Shown in pieces: positions 19,861 to 27,847 of a DNA stretch of 64,000 nucleotides (position 1 is the stretch's first letter; every line of letters begins with the position of its first letter). The stretch comes from a phage: sequence record NC_100327.1, one strand, 5' to 3'. The translations under genes and the position numbers were made by a program. The notes below the pieces were generated by a model, which worked only from the letters and a program-made list of their open reading frames with translations, was not told the origin of the DNA and did no database searches.

Positions 19861-19959
19861 AGGTGCTAGGTGATGGAATCGAACCACCTATGTATTCAAC
19901 GACTACCTCGTCTATTTTCAGGATTAAAAATCCTCGCCCTTGCCAAAGGGCTTACCTAG
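19861..19959 (-). tRNA. aberrant tRNA-like element with Lys (TTT) anticodon loop and ~25-nt insertion
   Basis: About 99 nt: perfect acceptor GCTAGGT/ACCTAGC, D-arm GCCC-TTTGGCAA-GGGC, anticodon loop TTTTTAA, T-arm GGTGG-TTCGATT-CCATC; extra hairpin GACGA-ggtag-TCGTT between anticodon and T arms; 3' end ACC not CCA. Confidence 0.4.
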
Positions 19960-20057
19960 CTCAGTATGTTGACCATGTTGCTAGTCGGCGATGACGACTG
20001 TAACATTTGATAATCCGGTTCTGCTTCCGACTTTCGCTTAATTACAAGGTCAACAAT

Positions 20058-20148
20058 GTGGCGGAGAGTAATGGAATCGAACCATCATCGAGTCATCCTC
20101 AACGGGACGGTTTTCAAGACCGCTTGAGCACCATTGCTCCCTACCCTC
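20058..20148 (-). tRNA. tRNA-Ser (anticodon TGA), type II
   Basis: Acceptor GGAGGGT/ACTCTCC with one G-U, anticodon loop CTTGAAA, long variable arm, T-loop TTCGATT, CCA encoded. Confidence 0.65.
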
Positions 20149-20263
20149 CTTTATAAATTATACTGATAATGACACTGATTTTCGAGCAGTTAGTGACTAG
20201 TATAAACGACGATAAATATCAATGCCATTATCTGTATTATTTATGCATCTAAAAATATAAATT

Positions 20264-20350
20264 TGGTGGGGAGTGGTGGAGTCGAACCACCCGAGTCGCA
20301 ATGACAATAGATTTACAGTCTACACCGCTACCTCTACGGGATAACTCCCC
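20264..20350 (-). tRNA. tRNA-Tyr (anticodon GTA), type II
   Basis: Acceptor GGGGAGT/ACTCCCC, anticodon loop CTGTAAA, long variable arm, T-arm GGTGG-TTCGACT-CCACC, CCA encoded. Confidence 0.75.
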
Positions 20351-20354
20351 AATT

Positions 20355-20429
20355 TGGCACCCCGTACTGGACTCGAACCAGTGTCAACGGCTTAGAAGGC
20401 CGCTGCTTTATCCACTAAGCTAACAGGGC
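20355..20429 (-). tRNA. tRNA-Arg (anticodon TCT)
   Basis: Acceptor with two G-U pairs, D-loop AGTGGATA, anticodon loop CTTCTAA, T-arm ACTGG-TTCGAGT-CCAGT, CCA encoded. Confidence 0.75.
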
Positions 20430-20525
20430 ACTGGGTGGCTTTCTTTTACACCTTAGCCGCCAGAAAAGGTGGGAGACCATGTTTACAATATTACACTGTT
20501 AAGCAAAGTTTGTCAAGAAAATATT

Positions 20526-20864
20526 TTAGCTATTGCTAACAGGTTGTATTTCTGTGGTAAATGGCATAAAAGGTGCTGGTTTTTCAGCCTCTTCTACTAC
20601 CACCTCTTCCTCTTCACCAAACATCTCATCATATTCTTCCTGCATTCGGTCTGCCTTATCAAGAACATACTCTGCAATGCTTTGACGAATATTTTGTTTG
20701 GTTTTCGGGTCCAACATCAGCTCTCTTAGAACTTTGTGAGCTTCTGGAACCATCGCTATAAAAGATTCCTTCATATCGAGGATGTTCTTCTCTAGCTGAA
20801 TGGCGTTGGACTCCTCTTTCAGAGGTCTGCCTCTACGGCGACGCTTTTTAGTTGTATCCGCCAT
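20526..20864 (-). CDS. AT-hook-like DNA-binding protein with acidic tail
   Basis: ORF track 20526..21017; start moved to ATG (MADTTKKRRRRGRPLK) with GGAGG RBS; RGRP basic motif; Glu-rich C-terminus. Confidence 0.5.
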   Translation of the reverse strand: MADTTKKRRRRGRPLKEESNAIQLEKNILDMKESFIAMVPEAHKVLRELMLDPKTKQNIRQSIAEYVLDKADRMQEEYDEMFGEEEEVVVEEAEKPAPFMPFTTEIQPVSNS

Positions 20865-21212
20865 GTTTCCTCCATTATCACGTGATAGGTGGATTTTATC
20901 ATAGCAAATACTGATTGTCAAGTTCGCCGCAGGGTGGTATTCCCTGCGACTTGTCCAGCGTCCTGGACCAGCAAGACCCAACAAGTGGGTTTTCCAGCTA
21001 TACCCATTACCGCGCACAGGCTCGACCTTATTACAGGTTGGCTGGGGTCACATCGTCATGTGCTGGCTGCCCCTACCATTTTAAGTGTGGTGCACTATCA
21101 AGCCCTCTAAGGGGAACTCAGTCTTCTCCGAACCCTGTTTCAAAGCATCCAGAGATAAAGCCATCAAATTCATCTTTAAATTGGATATTCATCATGATAC
21201 ACGAAAACAACC

Positions 21213-21455
21213 TCATTGTAAAGCACAAATAAATAAAACATACTTAATTTGTTTGTTATCAGGCTCAGGGTAGAAGTAGAAGATCTTGCTATCACCGATC
21301 TGAACACCACCATCCCAACAACATAGCCCATAACCTGTATTCATACAAGCTAAGTCGTTGGCAAAATCTATTGCATCATCCAGTGCACGAAATTCACCTT
21401 CATCTTCTAAATAATCCTCATTCATGGAACGAAAAACGAGCTTAACCTTAAACAT
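21213..21455 (-). CDS. hypothetical protein
   Basis: 80 aa ORF, ATG start. Confidence 0.4.
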   Translation of the reverse strand: MFKVKLVFRSMNEDYLEDEGEFRALDDAIDFANDLACMNTGYGLCCWDGGVQIGDSKIFYFYPEPDNKQIKYVLFICALQ

Positions 21456-21531
21456 AGCATTACCTGTAGACCTCGTAAGTTAAAATTGCATCACATCATA
21501 TTGCAGATCTTATCAGGTAACACTATTTTTG

Positions 21532-21741
21532 TCAACAGATTCCGGCCTTATCCTTCCTGTCTGCGTATTCTTTAATCGCAACCTCATCTGCATTAGTGAC
21601 CAGGTCTTCAAAGTAACTCTCAAGCTCCTCGTCAATGTCAGGAGACCAGCTCTTTTTCCTGTCAGTGTGAATTGCAGACTTGTTGAACTTATTACAGTTC
21701 TTTGCTACCGGGTTGTTCATTAAGCGCTCCTCAGCGTTCAT
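21532..21741 (-). CDS. hypothetical protein
   Basis: 69 aa ORF, ATG overlapping upstream gene end. Confidence 0.4.
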   Translation of the reverse strand: MNAEERLMNNPVAKNCNKFNKSAIHTDRKKSWSPDIDEELESYFEDLVTNADEVAIKEYADRKDKAGIC

Positions 21742-22309
21742 AGTAAATTTTATTTAACATTACCTCATCTTTTGCAGAAAGAATACCGAGATATGCATCA
21801 CCGAATCTACCTGCAACAACCTCTGCATGATACATCACTTCGTTAATATCGTCAAGAGTGATAACTGGATGACCGTATCTCTCTGAGTATTGTCTCAGAG
21901 TGCGATGTAGAGAGTCATCATCATAGGCAGACTTTTTAATATCACAAACACGACGAATAGCCTTGATGTCGAAAAAACCTGTGCGATACCACCCAAGAAA
22001 AAGGTTTCGTGCAGTGTCAACATCTACATTGATACCATCAAGAACCTTATCTACAAGATAGCTGTCATCCTTTGGACCAGCGTCCTTAGTGCGAATGTAG
22101 TTGCCATCTTTTCCAGGCGACATCTCCTTCTCATCCCCAACCTGCATGCCATCATTTGGCGGTGTTAGCCACTTATCCGGATGCTTACGATCACGAGCGT
22201 TAGAATGATTACGCTGGAAACCGGGCTTCCACTTGAAAGTTTTCTCCATCTGTTCTTCATTCTGATAACGTTTTGCAATCTTTTCACGGTCATCTTTGCG
22301 TGAACCCAT
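21731..22309 (-). CDS. hypothetical protein
   Basis: 192 aa, ATG with GAGGAGG RBS. Confidence 0.55.
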   Translation of the reverse strand: MGSRKDDREKIAKRYQNEEQMEKTFKWKPGFQRNHSNARDRKHPDKWLTPPNDGMQVGDEKEMSPGKDGNYIRTKDAGPKDDSYLVDKVLDGINVDVDTARNLFLGWYRTGFFDIKAIRRVCDIKKSAYDDDSLHRTLRQYSERYGHPVITLDDINEVMYHAEVVAGRFGDAYLGILSAKDEVMLNKIYYER

Positions 22310-22689
22310 AGCTGCCTCCTCTTCAAGTTATAGAAAAACTCACTGTATCGCTTTGTAACGAGCTTTTCTATCAAACTGGTGCGATTGCATTACCTGGTAT
22401 AGTTTATATAGCTGTGGAGCGATTTAGGGGCCTTCTTGTCAGTTTCCACACATAAACTTCATCCAAGCTCGCGCGGGAGACTCTCAACCGACTCCTTACG
22501 GCGCTGGCAAGCTTTCGTCGGTGGTCCACATCAGTGCTCGGCCTTTGGCCTGCGCTATCGCTTCGCTCCCACACATGTTAACAGACCTGCATGTATGAAC
22601 TTCTGTTATTGTGTGCACCAAGGAGGCCCGGCATCTCGCCCCTCGTAGGCGAGTGCCAATGAAGGGCCGACACTGCCCATAGTAAGTAA

Positions 22690-22810
22690 TAAATTTAAAA
22701 CATGGTACTTAGGATCTAGTATATTCTACATAAGTTAAGTATATGTACTTAGTACCATAAGTACTAGATCTTTTATTTTTTATTATTTAGTTATTTTAGT
22801 TATATTCTTT
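22690..22810. promoter_or_regulatory. AT-rich palindrome-bearing region (candidate origin/regulatory DNA)
   Basis: Over 75% A+T with GTACTTAG/CTAAGTAC-type inverted repeats and T-runs, adjacent to iteron array. Confidence 0.4.
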
Positions 22811-22812
22811 AT

Positions 22813-22900
22813 GTGTCCGTATCACGGACAGTTAGTGTCCGTATTACGGGCAGATGTGTCCGCGTGACGGACAGTAGTGTCCGTATCACGGACAGTTAAT
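22813..22900. repeat. array of 4-5 palindromic operator/iteron-like sites at ~22-bp spacing
   Basis: TGTCCGT-atc-ACGGACA twice exactly, plus variants TGTCCGT-att-ACGGGCA and TGTCCG-cgtga-CGGACA and a degenerate fifth copy. Confidence 0.7.
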
Positions 22901-22969
22901 AGTATCCGTTCCATGACGAACATAAAACATACGAATCCTTATAGTACAGATATTTAAGTTTTTACTGGT

Positions 22970-23320
22970 CTAACCAGTTGTTGACATCCGAATAACTTCT
23001 TCTGGTGGCAAAACTTTGGAAAATGTGCATCTTTTACCTCTCCCTTGTGTGGATGTTTCAACCACTCCTGCACATTCTAAAGTTTTAACGCACGCTGCTG
23101 CTTTTGTTTTCTTTATCCCAACATCTGCTGCAATTTTCCTTGTGCTTGGTGTGAAGCGTGAATTTCCTCCAAGCTTATACCAGTTGTGCAGGTAGCAGTA
23201 TACGATCTTGTCATACAAGTCAAGAACAACAACCTCCCCAGTTGTGTCATTCAAAACTTTTGACATAGATAGTATTTCAAGGGGGACTTTAAGATATAGC
23301 AGCTTATCCCCATCTTTCAT
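22970..23320 (-). CDS. winged-helix/HTH DNA-binding protein (candidate binder of adjacent iterons)
   Basis: 116 aa, ATG with AGGAG RBS; helix-turn-helix-like segment STRKIAADVGIKKTKAAACVKTLECAGVV. Confidence 0.45.
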   Translation of the reverse strand: MKDGDKLLYLKVPLEILSMSKVLNDTTGEVVVLDLYDKIVYCYLHNWYKLGGNSRFTPSTRKIAADVGIKKTKAAACVKTLECAGVVETSTQGRGKRCTFSKVLPPEEVIRMSTTG

Positions 23321-23367
23321 ATCTCCTGATTCTCCTTGTGTGGCAATTTTCTTTAAAATAGCAGGGA

Positions 23368-23922
23368 TTACTCCCTGCTGTCAATATCAAAACTCATTGC
23401 AATACGGTATGCCTCTTCTAATGGTAAGAGTCTCCCCCACACATCCCAACCGACATCAAGCTGCCTGCCAAACAACTGTTGTGTGGTTCCGTGAGCATGA
23501 CCGAACAGTTGGACTGATCCGTGAGGCTTTCTGTTCCACTTTGCAAACTGGTAATGGCTCATACAGATCAAATTCTTGTTGTGGCGAAGCTCGTAATAAT
23601 CTACAACCTCATGACCGAACTCTTTCATAATTCTGACAGTCGTCCTTGTGTCATGGTTGCCACGAACAAGAATAATATGTCCGTTCAACATATTTAGAAT
23701 ATCTGGAAGTAAGTTGTTGATATTCTTATCATTAGTGCACGCAATATCTCCCAAGTGGAACACAGTGTCTGCAGGTGACACAACAGAGTTCCACTCGGCG
23801 ATGATTCCCGCATTCATACTGTCAAGATTGTGATCATACTGAGATCTGTGTTTTTGACATGAATCAAACTCCATGACCCGCTGGTGGAGAAAGTGTGTGT
23901 CGCTTGTTACAAAGTATTTCAT
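23368..23922 (-). CDS. calcineurin-like metallophosphoesterase
   Basis: ORF track 23368..24027; start moved to ATG (MKYFVTSDTHF) with GAGGAA RBS; motifs SDTH, HLGDI, GNHD. Confidence 0.7.
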   Translation of the reverse strand: MKYFVTSDTHFLHQRVMEFDSCQKHRSQYDHNLDSMNAGIIAEWNSVVSPADTVFHLGDIACTNDKNINNLLPDILNMLNGHIILVRGNHDTRTTVRIMKEFGHEVVDYYELRHNKNLICMSHYQFAKWNRKPHGSVQLFGHAHGTTQQLFGRQLDVGWDVWGRLLPLEEAYRIAMSFDIDSRE

Positions 23923-23929
23923 ACATTCC

Positions 23930-24340
23930 TCATTTAAGTTTAATGCAGTTTTTAAGCTGGCGTTCCATACGATCCACAACCTTGTCTGGAACATCATGAA
24001 TGCTTTTATTACCGTGGCGGTTTTCAACCACGATCACGGTATAACTATACCCATGACTGATTGCCATGTCAACATATTCCTGCACATGTTTTTCTTTTGT
24101 AAACGTATTACTTACCACGATACGGTCGTATCCCATACGCATCATATCTTCTACGTTATCTTTGCACCATTTTGCTGCGAGTGTTACTTTACTTGCATCC
24201 CAGTTGTAATTGCCGTCATCGTCATACCAGAACATGTCGTTCTCAAAATGTGGATACAGACCCTCTAAAGATAGCGCATTTGCCAGTGTTGATTTGCCAG
24301 ACCCTGGTAGACCACGCACGATATATAGCATTTTAGACAT
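23930..24340 (-). CDS. P-loop kinase (polynucleotide-kinase-like)
   Basis: ORF track 23930..24397; start at ATG (MSKMLYIVRG) with GGAGGG RBS; Walker A GLPGSGKST. Confidence 0.6.
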   Translation of the reverse strand: MSKMLYIVRGLPGSGKSTLANALSLEGLYPHFENDMFWYDDDGNYNWDASKVTLAAKWCKDNVEDMMRMGYDRIVVSNTFTKEKHVQEYVDMAISHGYSYTVIVVENRHGNKSIHDVPDKVVDRMERQLKNCIKLK

Positions 24341-24461
24341 AGTGACCCTCCGTTTTAATTTCAACGGTAGTATACCTAACTGTTTTGTTAATTTCAAGTG
24401 TTGACACTAGGTTATTTGTGTGGCAGGATAGACTGACAAAATGACAAATGAGGAACATATA

Positions 24462-25376
24462 ATGAAGTATTTTAATGCAGACGACCTAGTTGACAAAGGT
24501 CTTGTAACCAGTAGGTATTACCCAGATCTCGGGTTAAAGATCTATAAATATGCTAGAAAAGTATTTTACAACAATTTATGGCATTTGTCCCCTCGTTTAC
24601 TGGAGTGCCGAGGCATTGTTGTAGGTAATGAAGGAAATGTTGTGGCATGGCCCTTCACAAAAGTGTTTAACTTGGGAGAAAACTCCACCAACCTGCCTGA
24701 CAATAAGCTTGTGACTGCGGTAGAGAAAAAGAACGGATTCCTTGGTGTGGTATCATCTCATAAAGGTGACCTATTGTTCTCAACAACCGGGTCTCTTGAT
24801 TCTCCATATTGTAACCTTGCAAAGGAAACCATCCAAGAGCAATGTGGTAATTTAGATCTTATCAAGAAGGTTATGGGCAATGAAAACATGACATTCATGT
24901 TTGAAATTTGTCACCCTTCAGATCCGCATATTGTTCAAGAAGACCATGGCGCATATTTGATAGGTTGCAGATATAATGATTCTGGAATAATGCTACCAGA
25001 AGCCGCTTTAGATGGGATTGCCAAATACCTTGGTGCAAAACGTCCTCACACTGTGCGTGAAATTCCGTTCAGCTATGCAAAAGAGTTAGCTGCAGAAACA
25101 AGAGGTGAAGGATATATGATTCGTAAGCCTTACTACCCTTATGATCTGCAGTTGAAGATCAAGTCTCCATACTATCTGGCACGAAAGGCCGTAATGAGGG
25201 GTAAAGCTTGGAAGATTTGGGATGATGATATCTTTAAACGTGTTGACGAAGAGTTTTACGGCATGGTAAACTTCATTCGTAACAACTACACAGAGGATGT
25301 ATGGAACTGCCTCCTGGAGCAGGAACGCCGTGAGATACTTGACTGCTATTTCCACAACGAGGACTATATGCAATGA
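24462..25376 (+). CDS. RNA ligase-like nucleotidyltransferase
   Basis: ORF track 24441..25376; start at second ATG with GAGGAA RBS; ligase motifs EKKNGFLG (KxNG), EGYMIR, KIKSP. Confidence 0.6.
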   Translation: MKYFNADDLVDKGLVTSRYYPDLGLKIYKYARKVFYNNLWHLSPRLLECRGIVVGNEGNVVAWPFTKVFNLGENSTNLPDNKLVTAVEKKNGFLGVVSSHKGDLLFSTTGSLDSPYCNLAKETIQEQCGNLDLIKKVMGNENMTFMFEICHPSDPHIVQEDHGAYLIGCRYNDSGIMLPEAALDGIAKYLGAKRPHTVREIPFSYAKELAAETRGEGYMIRKPYYPYDLQLKIKSPYYLARKAVMRGKAWKIWDDDIFKRVDEEFYGMVNFIRNNYTEDVWNCLLEQERREILDCYFHNEDYMQ

Positions 25377-25723
25377 AGAAGTTGATTGTGTGGCTGGATG
25401 ACTTGAGAGATCCGTCAAATTACGAGCTCCAAGACGCTGTTTGGCTAAAGAATTCCTCCGAGTTTATAGATTTTATTAACGATAATAGAAAGCTCTACAG
25501 ACGCGTTTCTGAGTGGCACATGGACAACGACCTTGGAGAGTTGTTCGAAGGGTACGATTGCCTATCTATGTTGGAGGAAAAATTTGTATTTGGTAAGCCC
25601 CCTGTAGTTGACAACGTGAAGATTTTCGTGCATACTTCTAACCCATCAGCGGCTCGTAAATTCATGCTTGCAGCTGACTCGTTTAAAAAGTTTGGAATAG
25701 AGATTAAACAAAACATCTACTGA
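25373..25723 (+). CDS. small receiver-like (Rossmannoid) protein, translationally coupled to RNA ligase
   Basis: 116 aa; ATG overlaps ligase stop (ATGA); pattern IVWLDD ... DNDLGE ... KIFVHTSNP ... K. Confidence 0.45.
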   Translation: MKKLIVWLDDLRDPSNYELQDAVWLKNSSEFIDFINDNRKLYRRVSEWHMDNDLGELFEGYDCLSMLEEKFVFGKPPVVDNVKIFVHTSNPSAARKFMLAADSFKKFGIEIKQNIY

Positions 25724-25731
25724 GGACACTT

Positions 25732-26493
25732 ATGCGACGACTGATTATTATCTCCGGTGCTGGTTTGAGCGCTGAATCTGGTATTCCCACTTTCCGATCT
25801 GGTAGCACTGCAATGTGGGAGAATTTCAGCATCGATGAGGTGTGCAACATCCACACCTTTGCCAAGAACTACTACAAGGTGCATGACTTTTACAATGCAC
25901 GTCGTGTAGCTCTAGGCGGTGTTGAGCCTAACCTTGCACATCTTCGGATCGCTGAGTGGTATTCCCGCTGGTCTGGTCGTGTGATCAACCTTACCACCAA
26001 TGTAGATGATTTGCTGGAGCGTGCGGGTGTAAAACATGAAGATATTTTACATGTTCACGGGTATTTGCCAGAAATAGTCTATGAGGACGACGAAGGAAGT
26101 AACGTCATTAAGGACATTGGATACTCTGAGGTAGATGCAGGAAAGTATACCTGGGTTAAGCCTAATGTGGTGTTCTTCGGAGAAGTAGCTCCGAAGTATA
26201 CAGACATGTATGACCTGTTGACTTCTCTTACGAGTAATGATATGGTTATCCTTGTAGGGTGTTCCAACACAGTTATCAATTTTAACTGGGAGCTATTCCC
26301 TGCCTGCAATAAGGGAACCAAACTGCTGATCGTTAACAAATACGACTCACAGCAGCTAGGGGAGAATGGTATTTCACGTAGTGATATTTACCAATATGAG
26401 GATCGCGGCATCCCAGTTTGGTTTAACGGGGCGGTTGATGCTTTCTCTGATAAAACATTCATTGAGACCGTAGAAAACTTTATGGAACTTTAA
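25732..26493 (+). CDS. Sir2-family NAD-dependent protein (deacylase/ADP-ribosyltransferase-like)
   Basis: 253 aa, ATG with GAGGA RBS; GAGLSAESGIPTFR, TTNVDDLLERAG, HVHG, NVVFFGE motifs. Confidence 0.8.
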   Translation: MRRLIIISGAGLSAESGIPTFRSGSTAMWENFSIDEVCNIHTFAKNYYKVHDFYNARRVALGGVEPNLAHLRIAEWYSRWSGRVINLTTNVDDLLERAGVKHEDILHVHGYLPEIVYEDDEGSNVIKDIGYSEVDAGKYTWVKPNVVFFGEVAPKYTDMYDLLTSLTSNDMVILVGCSNTVINFNWELFPACNKGTKLLIVNKYDSQQLGENGISRSDIYQYEDRGIPVWFNGAVDAFSDKTFIETVENFMEL

Positions 26494-26506
26494 AAGGAGA
26501 CCTTTA

Positions 26507-27220
26507 ATGCTGAATACCAAATTAATTGACAACCTGGAAAAACTGTCCCAACCTGAAAACTACCTTTGGTCTGCCAACTGGGTGGAAAACTGGAACCGTG
26601 TGGCAGCTAAAGTGAAAAAATCATACACACCATTCGAATTACAGCTTAGCTTCATTGAGGAAGAGTTCAATGAAGTTTTGGAAGAGCTGGAGAAAGGTGA
26701 TGGCGGAGATCACCTGCTAAAAGAGGCCTGCGATCTTCACGTTGTCACAAGTTATGCCGCTTATCTTGTTAATGATAATCACGAAAAGTGGTCAAACCTG
26801 TTTGATAATCCACAGGGTCTTAAGTTCAAGATCGGTGAGTTCTATGATACACTGATCGCTGCGAAAAACACCTCTAAGCAAAAAGCGTCCGCTTACCGCT
26901 TAGCAGAGTTGTCAACAGCTTTGCTGTTCCAGCTTCGCGGCGATGTGTGCGGGATGATGCGTAAGGTTCTCAAATCGAATGACAGCAAGTTTGCACGGGT
27001 CAACCATCTACAGTATTCACACGGTGCCAGTGCAGATATGCCTGCTGAACAACTCATCGAGTTGGAGATTAAAGATCTTGAGCGTCGTTTTGGTGGTCGC
27101 TACGAAGGTTTCGTTGCTAAAGAGGAGTTCTACAACGGCAATAAAGTTATTATATTCCTTGACAGTAAAGGTAAGATTATGAAGCCTTCGAGCTTCAAGG
27201 ATGTAACAGAGTATATTTAA
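26507..27220 (+). CDS. MazG-like nucleotide pyrophosphohydrolase domain protein
   Basis: 237 aa, ATG with AAGGAG RBS; EExxE...D helical signature (FIEEEFNEVLEEL...EACDLH). Confidence 0.45.
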   Translation: MLNTKLIDNLEKLSQPENYLWSANWVENWNRVAAKVKKSYTPFELQLSFIEEEFNEVLEELEKGDGGDHLLKEACDLHVVTSYAAYLVNDNHEKWSNLFDNPQGLKFKIGEFYDTLIAAKNTSKQKASAYRLAELSTALLFQLRGDVCGMMRKVLKSNDSKFARVNHLQYSHGASADMPAEQLIELEIKDLERRFGGRYEGFVAKEEFYNGNKVIIFLDSKGKIMKPSSFKDVTEYI

Positions 27221-27227
27221 CAACATA

Positions 27228-27252
27228 GCCGGGATTACCCGGCTTTACTTAT
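27228..27252 (+). terminator. rho-independent terminator
   Basis: AGCCGGG-atta-CCCGGCT hairpin followed by TTTACTT. Confidence 0.55.
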
Positions 27253-27282
27253 TATGGAAAGTATGCAGTGAGGTAGTCAGTT

Positions 27283-27591
27283 ATGTACAAGCATTCCAGA
27301 GATCTTGAAAAAGATGCTGTGTTTGGCGACCAGATGAAGGAGCTGATCAAACTTATTGGTAGAATGGAAGATAAGTTTGACACTAAAATCTACATCGATA
27401 GCAAGGTCTTCAACCACAAAATATGGACAAATGTGTGTGTTGGGCTACATGGTGATAAAGATATTGTAAATTTGGTTGTAATAAAGTTCATAGTGTGGCA
27501 GAATAGGACTATACGTTATTACGACCCACACTTACTTGTTTATCCTATAAAAGACCTACTACAGAAGGAGGACTGCAATGCCGTTATTTAA
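27283..27591 (+). CDS. hypothetical protein
   Basis: 102 aa, ATG with GAGG RBS. Confidence 0.5.
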   Translation: MYKHSRDLEKDAVFGDQMKELIKLIGRMEDKFDTKIYIDSKVFNHKIWTNVCVGLHGDKDIVNLVVIKFIVWQNRTIRYYDPHLLVYPIKDLLQKEDCNAVI

Positions 27592-27847
27592 TCTTGCTAA
27601 ACCTGTAGAAGCACATCAGTTTGACGGAAGCTCTTCATCAGTATCTGATCTGCAACGGTGGATTGATACAGGTGTGTTTACATCGTCACCTGTTCGGACC
27701 AGAGATCTTCGTCGCATGTGTGAGCTTGTCGAGCCTTTTGGTAACCTTGTCTTGTACCAGGGAGATTGGCTAGTTGACTTTATGGGAGACTGGTTGGTAA
27801 TGAGTAAAGAAGAGATGTTTAAAATTTTTAAGGAAGAGGCCGAGTAA
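27578..27847 (+). CDS. hypothetical protein
   Basis: 89 aa, ATG with GGAGG RBS, overlaps neighbours. Confidence 0.5.
   Translation: MPLFNLAKPVEAHQFDGSSSSVSDLQRWIDTGVFTSSPVRTRDLRRMCELVEPFGNLVLYQGDWLVDFMGDWLVMSKEEMFKIFKEEAE

Noticed and set aside
19960-20057. Possible additional tRNA in the gap between the Lys-like element and tRNA-Ser
   Set aside because: Contains a hairpin (AGTCG-gcgatga-CGACT) but no T-loop motif, D-loop GG or acceptor/anticodon geometry could be folded by eye.
20865-21017. N-terminal 51 codons of track ORF 20526..21017
   Set aside because: An internal ATG at 20864 has a strong GGAGG RBS and begins a coherent basic N-terminus; the upstream extension lies in GC-rich non-coding-looking sequence.
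22436-22648. Track ORF 22436..22648 (70 aa, plus strand)
   Set aside because: No RBS; Arg/Ser/Pro/Gly-rich composition typical of random frames in GC-rich DNA; isolated on the plus strand among minus-strand genes.
22813-22900. Possible CRISPR array (short regularly spaced repeats)
   Set aside because: Repeats are themselves palindromic 17-19-mers at ~22-bp pitch with 3-5 bp between them, so there are no unique spacers, and no cas genes are nearby. Consistent with operator/iteron sites.
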